From NCBI RefSeq assembly GCF_963921235.1, contig NC_086097.1, positions 164,116,001 to 164,180,000 on the forward strand: 64,000 bases of DNA, written 5' to 3'. The position numbers and the translations under genes are program-made. This document shows positions 1 to 13,192 of the stretch, in pieces. Numbering within the stretch: position 1 is the stretch's first letter; each line of letters begins with the position of its first letter. The DNA is from Mobula hypostoma (taxonomy: Eukaryota). The notes under the pieces are model-generated. The model worked only from the letters and a program-made list of their open reading frames with translations, was not told where the DNA came from and searched no databases.

Positions 1-619
1 ATGAGATTTTGATGCCACTAATAACTCTGCAGTGAAATGGCACCATTGCTTAACACAACCAGTTTGATGGTGTGAATAGATATTATAGATCTGTGGATGG
101 GAAGGAGATAATGAAGTTGTTTTGTTTCTTCAACTATATTTTAAGTTTGTTTACTGCAGTATGCATACTCTTCCTAGCTGAATAAATAGTGCAATTGATC
201 CTCTAAGCTTATAGAAGAGCACTATGAAATGAAATATTTGTTACCTTTTCCCAATGTTAACAGTGTTAATAGTCAGGACCATGGCCACAAATAGAATATG
301 CTGCAATAGGTTTGAATGAAATATTGATAGTTAAGCAAAAGTAGATTAATTGTGTGACATAAGTTATTAATTGTATTCACAAGCAAACCAACACAATAAT
401 GGGAGTGGGTTGGATATAGCAGCAGTGGGTAATCTTCCCAAATAGACTGCAAGCCCCGTATAAACTCAAGGTTTACTCATTGAACTCAATCCCAACTTGA
501 TTTTCATTCAAATAGGAATTGCAAACCACCAGATCACCCTGCCCTCTCCTTCCCCCATATCATACCGATGAAAATTACCCCATAATGTGCTCATTGGATA
601 TCTCAGAGTCTGCTGATTT

Positions 620-865
620 CATTGTAATTTTCATAATGGTTTGAGATGAATACATGTGCTTTTGCAAAGGTGGAAAGTAACTTCTTCCTCTGGTAGGAGA
701 AACTTAAATTAGGAGCATAGCCATTCAGGACAGGTGTCAGGAAACACTTCTTCACAGGGTAGTGGCAATCCAGTAATCTTTCCACAGTGGCAGTGAGGCA
801 CTATTAATTGGAAATATTTAAGCTGCATTTGATAAGGATGTTAAGAGGTACAGAACGAAATCTAG
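620..865 (+). mobile_element. Old CR1 LINE 3' fragment
   Basis: Degenerate CR1 ORF2 C-terminal signature (…aggaaacacttcttcacagggtagtggcaatc…atatttaagctgcatttgata), like the better-preserved CR1 ends in this window. Boundaries approximate. Confidence 0.6.
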
Positions 866-883
866 TGGATAAGGTTAAAAGGC

Positions 884-1109
884 ACGCACAAAATGCTGGA
901 GAAACTCAGCAAGTCAGGCAGTATCTATGGAGAGGAATTCACAGTTGACATTTCGGGCTGAGACCCTTCATGAGTCCTGATGAAGCATCTCGGCCCAAAA
1001 CATTGACTGTTAATTCCTCTCCATCGATGCTGCCTGACCTGTGGAGATCCTCCAGCATTTTGTGCGTATTACTCTTCATTTCCAGCATGTGCACAATCTC
1101 TTGTGTTTA
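884..1109. mobile_element. Short fold-back insertion derived from a PLE terminal repeat, with two inverted degenerate hammerhead motifs
   Basis: 884-973 is roughly the reverse complement of 975-1067 (ends acgcacaaaatgctgga / tccagcattttgtgcgt). Core-like ctgatgaagcatctcggcccaaaac at 977-1001 (+) with a mirror copy on the minus strand. Homologous to the 3' end of the PLE at 57690-57829. Possible degenerate 14-bp TSD (871-884 vs 1110-1123, transitions only). Confidence 0.8.
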
Positions 1110-2884
1110 AGAGCTAAGAGGCAGATTATTTTACTAGATATGAGTGTTGCGGGCAATGCCAGCATTCAGTGACCACCCCTGTTTGCCCATGAGAGGGTGG
1201 AGGTGAGCTGCTTGCCCCAATTGCTACTTCAGACCAGCCCACCTTATTGTTGGGTCGAGAGCTCTGTTACTTAAACCCAAAGAGATTCTGATGAATTGGC
1301 AAACATCTAAATGAATGGTACAAACGATGAAGGGATGAAGGTCCACTCCCTGTTCCTGTACTCCACTCATGTGCTGACTAGTTGTGTCACTTGCAGGTGA
1401 CCAATCCCTAGGCAGACATTTGCTTCCTTCTTATGCAGTGTCATGGTCTCTGCTTAGACCATTTCTGCTCTGCACAGCGTTGATTGGGTACTGACTGAAA
1501 GAATCACAGCTATGTCCTCTTATTCATTTATATTTTCAGGATACAGTGCAGTCATGCTCCAGATATCACCGAACATTCTGCATATTAAGACTTACTATTT
1601 CAAACAGTAGTTAAAAGCTTTAGTTAATGTCTTCCAGGAGATCTGTTGTTGATGTTTCCACATTAGCAAGTTTGTGCTGTGCACTTTGCACCTCATCTGC
1701 AGCACACACAGTCTTCATTTCTTAGTGTAGTAAAACTCCAGTCCTTCTCTGTTCAAAAGTCCCAGTGGTTCAGCATCCAGCTCGCCAAAGCTGTAACCTC
1801 AGTGGAGTGCCTCTGAATTCACAAAATGCACGTGAACATTCTTGGATTTAATGTGACAGAATTCCAGCTGGTCATGAGAACTGCGACTTGCCGCTACACA
1901 GCAGCTGGCAAATCCATCTTTCCAGTGCCCAAAACTCTCTTTCATATGTATGAGCCGCACATAGATTTAGTGTTGACAAGCATTCTGGGACCCCATTCAT
2001 AGTTTACTGTCATTTGCTCAAGTGCATGAATGCACAGGTGCAATGAAGAACTAACTTGCAGCAGCAATGCAGGTACATCGCATCAACTGAATAGATTTCA
2101 CAAGAAATCCTACACTTACTTTAAATGCAAATGGGCACTGTTCCCATGCTTACTTTCCTTTGACAGGGTCTTGTTCCCAAATCCACGTTAATCACTTGAG
2201 GCCCCCTTTGTGTCTTGTTTCCCTCACTTATTTTAAACCATTGGGGCCCTGTTTAACACACACTATTCAAACTCACCTAATTCACTGTAAAATTCATTGT
2301 ACTACAATGTAAAATTTAAAAAAGTGAATACTAAACATATATGACATTTAATAGGAATAATATTCAGAAGTCTAGAAAATCAGTCAGTTAAGCACCGCAG
2401 AAATTCTGATGGCGCCCAGTTATTGGAATTTTATTGTAGTTCTGCAATTCCCTGATTCCATCATCTCCTTTGTTTTATTCTCCCTTATTCTCTTCCTTTG
2501 TTTCACAACATGTGTTCTTCCCAAATTGGATTGGGCTTTTGAATTATAGTTTTACAGATCAGGTTAAAAATGCTTCCTTCGTCAACTGATTAAAATAGCA
2601 AATAGTTTCCAAGCATTAAATGCTTCTTAATTTATAGTCAAATGATGAATGGATATTGGTATCATTGGTGTTCAAAAGTTCAAAATATATGTCGAATTTT
2701 TTTGTGTGTGAGTGATGAGACCAAAATTTATTCTCCATCCTTCAGTAGGATGGAGAACTGACTAGTTCCTTCGAAAATAACTTCTCAGCCATTTTATTGG
2801 ACCAATTTATTTAAGCCATTTTACTTAAGTGCCAACCATATCATATCACTGTGAATGTCAAGACACCTGGAGACCAGACTGGTT

Positions 2885-3142
2885 AAGAACATAGAACAGT
2901 TCAACACAGGAACAGGCACCTGCACCCACAATGTCTGTGCAAAACACGATGCCTAATTAAAATAAATCTCTTCTGATTACACACAATCCATTTCTCTCTA
3001 TTTTCTACATATTAATGACTTTATCTAAATGCCACAGTTGTATCTGCTTCACTACTACCCCTGGCAGCCTGTTTACCATCCTCTGTGTAAAAATATTTGC
3101 CCCACACATCTTTTCTGAATGTTTCCCCCCTCACCTTAGACC
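2885..3142 (-). mobile_element. CR1 LINE 3' end fragment
   Basis: Starts with tail-like aagaacatagaacag…acaggaacaggc, followed by the reverse complement of the CR1 3' region (…ccatcctctgtgtaaaaa…). Confidence 0.65.
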
Positions 3143-3144
3143 AT

Positions 3145-3415
3145 CACAGTAGTGTAGTGGTTAGGGCAATGCTATTTTTGCTTGGAGCGTCAGAGTTCAA
3201 AGTTCAATACCGGCATCCTCTGTGCATCCTCCCCATGGAATATATGGCCTTTCCCGGGTACTCTGCTTTCCTCTCACAGTTCAAAGACATACTGGATCGG
3301 TTAGTTGGTTATGGTAAATTGTCCCATGATTGGGTTAGGGTTAAATAAAGGTTGTCAGGGTGGCTCAAAGGGCCAGGAGGTCCTATTCCACAATGAATCT
3401 CTGAATAAAATAAAG
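3145..3415 (+). mobile_element. tRNA-derived V-SINE (HE1-like)
   Basis: A-box-like tagtgtagtgg, B-box-like gttcaatacc, V-domain-like tttcccgggtactctgctttcctctcacagttcaaagac, and (AAAT)n tail. Confidence 0.7.
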
Positions 3416-3501
3416 TAAATGGATATCCTCTGGTATTTGGTTAAGGTGATCAGATTTCTTTCCCTAAAGAAGAGTAGGAATCCACAGAAGTTATTACAAC
3501 A

Positions 3502-3954
3502 TATGAGGAATGTTTGTCCGCTCTTGGGCTGTACTCCTTGGAGTAGTAGAAGAATGAGTGGAGACCTCATAGAAACATTTCGAATGTTGAAAGGCATGGA
3601 CAGAGTGGATGTGGCAAAGTTGTTTCCCATGATGGGGGAGTCTAGTATGAGAGGGCATGACTTAAGGATTGAAGGGCGCCCATTCAGAACAGAAATGCGA
3701 AGAAATTTTTTTTGTCAGAGAGTGGTGAATCTATGGAATTTGTTGCCACAGGCAGCAGTATAGGCCAAGTCATTGGGTGGATTTAAGGTAGAGATTGATA
3801 GGTATCTGAGTAGCCAGGGCATCAAAGGTTATGGTGAGAAGGCGGGGGAGTGGGGCTAAATGGGAGAATGGATCAGCTCATGATAAAATGGCGGAGCAGA
3901 CTCGATAGGCCGAATGGCCGACTTCAGCTCCTTTGTCTTATGGTCTTATGGTCT
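3502..3954 (+). mobile_element. 5'-truncated CR1 LINE
   Basis: Encodes CR1 ORF2 C-terminus (GDLIETFRMLKG…RGHDLRI…RNFFCQRVVNLWNLLP). Tail tcttatggtcttatggtct. Possible TSD AACA. Confidence 0.85.
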
Positions 3955-4175
3955 AACAGTCGGTCTTTAAGTTTCATCTTAACCTTCCACTGATTCCAGT
4001 ATTTTAATCTTCAGAATTATTTAACCAAATGGATTTAAAACTCTTAGCTGTCATGGCAGATTTGAATACAAAACAAAAACTGTCAGAAATATTCAGTAGG
4101 TCAGGCAGCATCTATTAGGAGAGAAGCAGAGTGAAATGTTCAGTTCAAAGCCTGACAGGAGAAAACATGTTAGTT

Positions 4176-5564
4176 ATAGATAGATACTTTATTGATCCCA
4201 AAGGAAATTACAGTGTCACAGTAGCATTGCAAGTGCACAGATATATAAATATACAAATATTAGAAGGGAAGTAAGAAAGAACAAAAAATACGTTACCACA
4301 GACTAACAGCCTCGAGGATGTCATCACTTCCCTGGCTATAGGTAGACTCATTATACAGCCTAATGGCCAAGGGTAGGAATAACGTCATATAGCGCTCTTT
4401 GGAGCAGTACAGTTGTCTTAGTCTATTACTTAAAGTGCTCTTCTGTTCAGTTAAAGCGGCAGGCAAAGAGTGAGAAACATTGTCCTGAATTGCCAGAATT
4501 TTCCATACGGTCCTTTGCTCTACCACAGCTCCCAGTGTGTCCAGTTTGACTTCTATAACAGAGCCTGCCTTTCTAATCAGTGTATTGAACCTGTTGGCAT
4601 CACCTGTGTTGAAGCCATTTGCCCCAGCACACCACTGCATAAAAGATTGTACTGGCGACAACAGATTGGTAGAACGTATGAAGGAGAAACCTGCATACTC
4701 CAAAGGACCTCAGTCTCCTCAGGAAGTAAAGGCAACTCCGGCCCTTCTGTACACAGCCTCCATGTTAGTGCTTCACTCAAGTCTGTCATCAGGTATACCT
4801 TCAGGTACTTGTAGGTCTTCACCACATCCACGCCCTCACCATCAACAGTAACAAGGAGCAGTGCAAGCTTAGTCTTCCTAAAGTCCATCACTATCTCCTT
4901 TGTCTTACTGATGTTGAGCTGCAGATAATTCAGCTTGCACTATTTGACAAAGTCCTCCACCAGGGCCCTATATTCATCCTCCCGTCCTCCCTTTATACAC
5001 CCAACTATTGCTGAGTCATCGGAGAATTTCTGCAGATGACATGATTTGGTGTTGTATCTAGAGTCCGAGGTATACAAGGTAAACAGGATGAGAGCCGATA
5101 CAGTCTCCTGTGGACCCAGTGCTGCTTATAGCCATGTCTGACATACAGCTCTGAAGCCACGCAAATTATGGTCTGCCAGTCAGGTAGTCCATTATCCAGG
5201 ATACAATGGAAGAGCCAGCCTGCATTGAACAGAGCTTTTCCCCTAGCTATGAGGGCTGTATGGTATTGAAGGCACCTGAGAAATCAAAAAACATGATCCT
5301 CACAGTGCTGCCCTGTTTATCCATATGGGAGTAGGCTCTGTTCAGCAGGTAGATGACAGTATCGTCGACTCTCATGTTCTCCCAGTAGGCAAACTGCAGG
5401 GGATTGAGAGGTGATCTGACCAGGGGTCGGACAGGACCAGCCTCTCTAAGGTCTTCATGATGTGTGAGGTCAGGCCACGAGACTGTAGTCATTCAAGACT
5501 TTCGGTTGGCCCCTCTTGCACATTGGGACCGTGCACAATGTTTCCTACACAGTCAGGAACATGG
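4176..5564 (-). mobile_element. 5'-truncated Rex1/Babar-type LINE (RT pseudogene) inserted into a PLE tail remnant
   Basis: Minus-strand RT motifs LNPLQFAY, FFDFSGAFNTIQP, QKFSDD and YKYL. AATAAA plus (TATC)n tail at the left end. TSD TGTTAGTT at 4168-4175 and 5565-5572. Confidence 0.85.
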
Positions 5565-6027
5565 TGTTAGTTTTAAGCCGCAGGGAGAGTGGAGGAGAGG
5601 TAGACAAAACAAAAGGAATGTCTCTGATGGGTTGATTTGCAGGACACTAGGTAAAGAGCAGGAAAAGTGGGCCTGATGATATTGCTCTAAAAGTACATAG
5701 CAAAGTCACCAAGTATAAACAATCTCTTTCCATGCATCCTGAGCTGTACATGCCAATTGTACAGTAGGTAATAGGAACTACTTTGTTTTTGGCTGCACTG
5801 ACTTTAGTAGAGATGAATTTCAGAGACAGGGCCCACGTTTTGTCAATGTGACTCATGCCAAGTTTCTTGAAACCCTTGCAGATAATTGGGGAAAGTTGAG
5901 AAAGAGGAGGTTTTTGAGTAGCTCTTTCAGTTGGTCAGTACTGGCATGATGGGTAGGTCAGCCTCCTGTGTTACACGTTTCAATAAACTCACATCTTCTG
6001 ACTCGGAGAAAGACCTCAACCTCTTGT

Positions 6028-6680
6028 CTCAGAATCGGGTTTGTTATCACCGACATGTGTCGTGAAATTTGTTGTTCTCTGCAGCAATGCAGTGCAATAC
6101 ATTTTTAGAATTACTATACAATAAGAAATATGTAAAAATAAATGAGTTGCACAAAATAGAGCAAAATTGTGAGGTAATGTTTATGGGTCCATTGACTGTA
6201 CAGAAATCTGATGATGGAGAGGAAGAAACTGTTCCTATCCTCAGGCTCCTGTACTTCCTCCCTAATGCTAATAATGAGAGAGGGCGCGTTCTGGATGATG
6301 AGGGTCCTCAAGGATAGATGCCACCTTTTTGAAGCACCACCTTTGAAGATGTCCTTGGTAGTAGGAAGGCTACTGCCCATGATGGAGCTGGCTAAGTCTA
6401 GAACCTTCCGTAGCTCTTCTGGATCCAATGCATTGGACCCTCCATACCAGGCGGTGATGGAAGCAGTCAGAATGCTTGCCATGGTACATATAAAGAAACC
6501 TGCTAGAGGCTTTAGTGTCACACCAAATTTCCTCAAACTTCTAATGAAGTATAGTTGATGGCTTGCCTTCTTCATGATTGTATCAATATGTTAGGCCCCA
6601 GACAAATCCTCCAGAAACTTCAAACTGCTTACCTCTGACACCTTAATGAGGACAGGTGCACATTCTCCCAATTTCCTACA
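6028..6680 (-). mobile_element. Rex1/Babar-type LINE 3' fragment
   Basis: ORF 6114-6575 (KKASHQLYFIRSLRKFG…SILTASITAWYG) matches the C-terminus of the Rex-type copies at 44510-46598. Confidence 0.8.
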
Positions 6681-8016
6681 GTTTGCAATGTAGAAATCTA
6701 CAGTTGCACTAATTAATTGTGATACTTAATCACATAATGGTGATATACAGAACATTTTATGAAAAAGCTGTCTAATTTTGACATTAAAAATTAAAGGGGC
6801 TGTTTTTGGAAGGTTGGCAGGTTTAGTTCCCTAGCGGCCTTAACTCAGAACTGCGGAGTCATGGCCTGTCTCGTCAATGGGAAAATCTCACAGGGAGTAG
6901 GACAGGACAGGCATCATTTGCCGTGGAGCCAGTTAACATGAGAACTTTAGGAGACCTTCTTAGAGGGTGACATTGACTGGGTTGGTAACCTGTGATGTGA
7001 GAAATGATTTAACTTGAGGTGCAGGTCAGGTTGAACGTTGGTTGCAGCATGTAATACAGTTGACTTTCGAGGCCAGAGCTATGTTGTCCCTTGAGACTTA
7101 CTTGCCGGATTAGGGTAAGGCGTAACTGTCCAAAAAGTCGGATATGTACTCCCTCAATGGTTTGTAGTGAACGTATGTGCTGGAAGGGGTAAGGAAAGGA
7201 AAGGAGATATCTTGATGTGAAGCAGTTTGTTTGTGTGCATGTGTGTGTGAAGAAGGGAAATCCAATTTACATCCTTGAAATAATTCCTTTCTAAAGACGT
7301 TTTGTCTTTGATTGTGCAATTGATTCTGTTCCACTGCTCTACAGGGTGAAATAATGTTTTTACATTCACCACCTGCTGAAGACATGCTCCATTCATTCGC
7401 GAACTGGTCTGCTTTTTAATCTGCTGAAGTCAATGTGATGAAAATTGGCTGAGTGCCATAACAGCTGGGTGATCTACAGGGCCACGTTTCTGGCCAGGCA
7501 CCAAAACTTTAAAGCCAATGTCTTCTCAGAGCAAATTTTCTCTGAGCTACTAATATTCTCAGCTCAGGGGGATATACTCATCAGAACAACAGAAGCAAAA
7601 TGATTGTAACATTAATGGTTGAGTTTTGAAACTGCTTAATTCCTTTTAAAGAGAGGGATGAAGTGACTCTATGTTCTTTCAATAATCATGGTTGTTCCAA
7701 CTTGCCTGAAGTGTCATTTGATTTGGGTGTTAATTGTTGTGTATTTAATTTTCAGTAATATTTGAGTAATTTTGTAAATATATTATTTGATTCAGCAATT
7801 TTTGTTCTTTATATAACCCTTTCAGCGGTCTCATGTTCAAACCTGGCTCGTTAGCTAACTCTGCTAGCAGTCACATGACAAAGCAGTGTGCAGGCCACCA
7901 TTTATAAATAATATACATCTAACCATATAACCATATATAATGGTTATCTAGGGTCAGTATGATTTGGTGTTCAACCAAATGGGGAAGTTGGAATGTTTCA
8001 ATTTAAAAACATTGAT

Positions 8017-8900
8017 TGTAGTGAATGCTGTGTAAATACTGCCCCATGCAAAGTTATCATTCACCAGAAAATTAACAGATCGTACACCAGCATAAAATTA
8101 TAAAGAAGTATATTTAGCAAATTTACAGTTACAGAAAAAATGAGGGAAAAATAAAAGGGCCCATTACAGTTAAACCAGTTCAAAGTACACATAAATGTTG
8201 GAGCTCACTTCTGGAGTAGTTGGGTGTATCACTTTACTCGTGCGCTGAACCCATATTCTACATGAAGGACACCAGCCACAGTTCAAACTTCCCTCGAAGA
8301 CCATCTTGAATGAACTGGCTTTCTCAGAAGCACTGGCATTTCCTCCTTGGAGCCATTCATCTGCACAAAGCTCTTGTTACAACAGGGTCCTACCTTCGAA
8401 TGGCATTCTGCAGGCATCTTCCCTTGTACCCTGCTCAGCAGCTCCTGCCAAAAGACCTCAAACCAGTCTACTGTCTTTCAGAAATCTGATTCCATCAACC
8501 TCTCCCAAATCTTCTACTGGGCAGAAAGTTACAATTGGCTGACACAATATTCCTAAGTTGAACACCATGGCTCCTTATTTTTAGTCAAAACATAAACACT
8601 ATTGCTAACAGGACACATTGCAATTGCAGAAAACTGCCAAAACAAAAATATGTCACAGTAGAAATTTTAACCAGAGTATTACATTCTCTCCCCAACGAAA
8701 ATGGTCATGTCCTCATGACTTTGGAGCTTATTAAGCCATTATTAATAACACAGTATTCAAATGAATTTCATGATTTCAGGACCCTGATTCTAATTGTAAA
8801 TGGAATTAACATATCTCATTGGGATAGACATCATATGGCAACCTATCTGAGGTTTCCTGACTCTCTGAGACCTTCTTATCTCATCTTCAGCCTCCTCAGC
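8017..8900 (-). mobile_element. 3' end (integrase tail, PPT, LTR) of a second LTR retrotransposon, inverted inside the first
   Basis: 8017-8683 has tgtagt…attaca terminal inverted repeats. Minus-strand PPT ttggggagagaa abuts the LTR at 8684-8695. Upstream minus-strand sequence reads RRSQRVRKP, typical of Gypsy integrase C-termini. Confidence 0.65.
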
Positions 8901-9149
8901 CTTAGGTAAACTGGAACAGAAACAATGAATACCGTGTGATAACAATAACTATTACTAAAAAAGTAGAAATAGGAGTTAGACACACTCATTTGCACAAAAG
9001 ATAACTGGATCATGTATTCTGAGTGGAGTGAAGTGAACAGAATTTCGAAGGAAATGAAGTAGCAAATGAGAAACAAGTGCCAGTTTAGCTGAGTGCAATA
9101 GGGGGAGGACCACACAGTTTGCTTAGAAGTTTAACCTCTGCAACCAAAC

Positions 9150-12100
9150 TTTATAGTTGGGGGGTGGGAATCAAATTAAAGAGACTAGGAGAGAGGAGGT
9201 TAGTTCACAACAGGGGGATGGGAACAAGTGCAGAGACACAGAGGGGTGTAAAATGAGGGTAGAAGCAAAAAGTAGTAAGGTGAAAAGTAAAAGTGGCAGG
9301 CCGGCAAATCCAGGGCAAAAATCAAAAAGGGCCACTTCTCAGCATAATTGTATAACGGCTAAGAGTGTTGTAAAAGCAAGCCTGAAGGCTTTGTGTGTCA
9401 ATGCAAGGAGCATTCGTAACAAGGTGGATGAATAAAAAGTGCAGATTGTTATTAATGAATATGATATAGTTGGGATCACAGAGACATGGCTCCAGGGTGA
9501 CCAAGGATGGGAGCTCAACATTCAGGGATATTCAATATTCAGGAGGGATAGACATGAAAGAAAAGGAGGTGAGGTAGCATTGCTGGTTAGAGAGGAGATT
9601 AACGCAATAGAAAGGAAGGACATTAGCCGGAAGGATGTAGAATCAATATGGGTAGAGCTGCATAACACTAAGGGGCAGAAAACACTGGTGGGAGTTGTGT
9701 ACAGGCCACCTAACAATAGTAGTGAAGTTGGGGATGGCATTAAACAGGAAATTAGAAATGCGTGCAATAAAGGAACAGCAGTTATAATGGGTGACTTTAA
9801 TCTACGTATAGATTGGGTGAACCAAATTGGTAAGGGTGATGAGGAAGAGGATTTCTTGGAACGTATGCAGGATGGTTTTTTGAACCAACATGTCGAGGAA
9901 CCAACTAGAGAGCAGGCCATTCTAGACTGGGTATTGAGCAATGAGGAAGAGTTAATTAGCAATCTTGACGTGAGAGGCCCCTTGGGTAAGAGTGACCATA
10001 ATATGGTGGAATTCTTCATTAAGATGAAGAGTGACATAGTTAATTCAGAAACAAAGGTTCTGAACTTAAAGAAGGGTAACTTTGAAGGTATGAGACGTAA
10101 ATTAGCTAAGATAGACTGGCAAATGATACTTAAAGGGTTGACGGTGGATATGCAATGGCGAGCATTTAAAGATCGCATGGATGAACTACAACAATTGTTA
10201 TCCCAGTTTGGCAAAAGAATAAATCAAGGAAGGTAGTGCACCCGTGGCTGACAAGGGAAATTAGGGATAGTATCAGTTCCAAAGAAGAAACATACAAATT
10301 AGCCAGAAAAAGCGGCTCGCCTGAGGACTGGGAGAAATTCAGAGGAGGACAAAGGGCTTAATTAGGAAAGGGAAAAAAGATTATGAGAGAAAACTGGCAG
10401 GGAACATAAAAACTGACTGTAAAAGCATTTATAGATATGTGGAAAGAAAAAGATTGGTTAAGACAAATGTAGGTCCCCTACAGACGGAAACAGGTGAATT
10501 GATTACGGGGAACAAGGATATGGCAGACCAATTGACTAACTACCTTGGTTCTGTCTTCACTAAGGAGGACATAAATAATCTTCCGGAAATAGTAGGGGAC
10601 AGAGGGTCTAGTGAGATGGAGGAACTGAGGGAAATACATGTTAGTAGGGAAGTGGTGTTAGGTAGATTGAAGGGATTAAAGGCAGATAAATCCCCAGGGC
10701 CAGATAGTCTGCATCCCAGAGTGCTTAAGAAAGTAGCCCAAGAAATAGTGGATGCATTAGTGATAATTTTTCAAAACTCTTTAGATTCTGGACTAGTTCC
10801 TGAGGATTGGTGGGTGTCTAATGTAACCCCGCTTTTTAAAAAAGGAGGGAGAGAGAAACCGGGGAATTATAGACCGGTTAGCCTAACATCGGTGGTGGGG
10901 AAAATGCTAGAGTCAGTTATCAAAGATGTGATAACAGCACATTTGGAAAGCAGTGAAATCATCGGACAAAGTCAGCATGGATTTGTGAAAGGAAAATCAT
11001 GTCTGACGAATCTCGTAGAATTTTTTGAGGATGTAACTAGTAGAGTGGATAGGGGAGAACCAGTGGATGTGGTATATTTGGATTTTCAAAAGGCTTTTTG
11101 ACAAGGTCCCACACAGGAGATTAGTGTGCAAACTTAAAGCATACAGTATTGGGGGTAAGGTATTGGTGTGGATAGAGAATTGGTTGGCAGACAGGAAGCA
11201 AAGAGTGGGAATAAATGGGACCTTTCCAGAATGGCAGGCAGTGACTAGTGGGGTACCGCAAGGCTCAGTGTTGGGACCCCAGTTATTTACAATATATATT
11301 AATGACTTAGACGAGGGAATTAAATGCAGCACCTCCAAGTTTGCGGATGACACGAAGCTGGGCGGAAGTGTTAGCTGTGAGGAGGATGCTAAGAGAATGC
11401 AGGGTGACTTGGATAGGTTAGGTGAGTGGGCAATTTCATAGCAGATGCAATTTAACGTGGATAAATGTGAGGTTATCCACTTTGGTGGCAAAAGCAGGAA
11501 AACAGATTATTATCTGAATGGTGGCTGATTAGGAAAAGGGGAGGTGTAACGAGACCTGGGTGTCATTACACACCAGTCATTGAAAGTGGACATGCAGGTA
11601 CAGCAGGCGGTGAAAAAGGCGAATGGTATGCTGGCATTCATAGCAAGAGGATTCGAGTACAGGAGCAGGGAGGTACTACTGCAGTTGTACAAGGCCTTGG
11701 TGAGACCACACCTGGAGTATTGTGTGCAGTTTTGGTCCCCTAATCTGAGGAAAGACATCCTTGCCATAGAGGGAGTACAAAGAAGGTTCACCAGATTGAT
11801 TCCTGGGATGGCAGGACTTTCATATGATGAAAGACTGGATCGACTAGGCTTATACTCATTGGAATTTAGAAGATTGAGGGGGAATCTTATTGAAACGTAT
11901 AAAATCCTAAAGGGATTGGACAGGCTAGATGCAGGAAGATTGTTCCCGATGTTGGGGAAGTCCAGAACGGAGGGTCACAGTTTGAAGATAAAGGGGAAGC
12001 CTTTTAGGACCGAGATTAGGAAGGACTTCTTCACACAGAGAGTGGTGAATCTGTGGAATTCTCTGCCACAGGAAACAGTTGAGGCCAGTTCATTGGCTAT

Positions 12101-12278
12101 ATTTAAGAGGGAGTTAGATATGGCCCTTGTGGCTAAAGGGATCAGGGGATATGGAGGGAAGGCGGGTACAGGGTTCTGAGTTGGATGATCAGCCATGGTC
12201 ATACTGAATGATGGTGCAGGCTCAAAGGGCCAAATGGCCTACTCCTTCACCTATTTCTATGTTTCTATGTTTCTATGT
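9150..12278 (+). mobile_element. CR1 LINE with essentially complete but inactivated ORF2 (APE endonuclease + RT)
   Basis: CVNARSIRNK…GITETWL, VYRPP, GDFN, SDH (APE); [36 protein letters not shown] (RT). Several stops and frameshifts. (TTTCTATG)3 tail. Splits the Gypsy gag with TSD AAAC (9146-9149, 12279-12282). Confidence 0.95.
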
Positions 12279-12874
12279 AAACCAGCTGAAATGAGCTTTG
12301 CTGATATTGTGAGCATAACACAGGAACATTTAGAACCAAAATCATTGTTGATTGCAGAATGCTTTAACTTTCATAAGCAGAATCGAAAGGGAGGGGAGTC
12401 CATTTCAATGCACATGGCTGAATTGAAGAAATTGCCAGATCACTGTCAGCTCTGACATGGGTTTGATGATGCACTGAGAGGTCATATAGTTTGTGGAACC
12501 TAACAAGAAATCATTCAAGAATGGCTCCTACCTGAACCTCAACTCACTTCTAAAAGAGCAGTTGAAATAGAAACCACAGCCAGAGGTGCAATTGAGCTGC
12601 AGTCAGGAAAGAAAGTGAGTGTGAACAAAACTACAATACCCACACAGAAACCTGCCTGACCAAATAAATTCTGTTACCACTGTGGCAGGGGCTCACATAC
12701 ACTAAACCAATGCAGATTTAAAGGTAATACTTGCAAGAAATGCACAAAGTTTAGTGCATGTAGGTCAGACAAAAATAAATGGACAATCAATATAAAAGTC
12801 AAGTTGCAGTTTCAAAAAGAGTACTAATCTGCACTCTGATGAAAAATCTGATAATGAGAGTGATATAGGACTGG

Positions 12875-13192
12875 ATATGAAAGGCATCCGTTAGTCTTGC
12901 GAGACCATGGATCTGTGCCTGGAAAGTCTTCACTCTCCAGTGCGCAGGCCTGGGCAAGATTGTATGGAAGACCAGCAGTTGCCCATGCTGCAAGTCTCCC
13001 CTCTCCACGAGACCAATGTTGTCCAAGGGAAGGTCATTAGGACCCATACAGCTTGGCACCAGTGTCGTCGCAGAGCAATGTGTGATTAAGTGCCTTGCTC
13101 AAGGACACAACACATTGCCTCGGCTGGGGCTCTAACTCATGACCTTCAGGTCGCTAGTCCAATGCCTTAACCACTTGGCCACGTGCCCACAC
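12875..13192 (-). mobile_element. tRNA-derived SINE with CORE-like centre and RTE-like tail, inserted in the Gypsy element
   Basis: Minus strand: gggcacgtggccaagtggttaagg (A box), gagttagagccc (B-box-like), gtgtccttgagcaaggcacttaa (CORE-like), and tail gatccatggtctcgcaagactaacggatgcct. TSD AGGACTGG at 12867-12874 and 13195-13202. Confidence 0.8.

Noticed and set aside
9522..10214. 230-aa minus-strand ORF, and similar antisense ORFs at 10997-11791, 18575-19090, 6211-6558 and 52107-52388
   Set aside because: Antisense shadows of CR1, Rex or RTE coding sequence with no independent protein features.
13110..13190. tRNA-like sequence (also 60550-60625)
   Set aside because: It is a SINE head, continuous with a SINE body and flanked by TSDs, not a tRNA gene.
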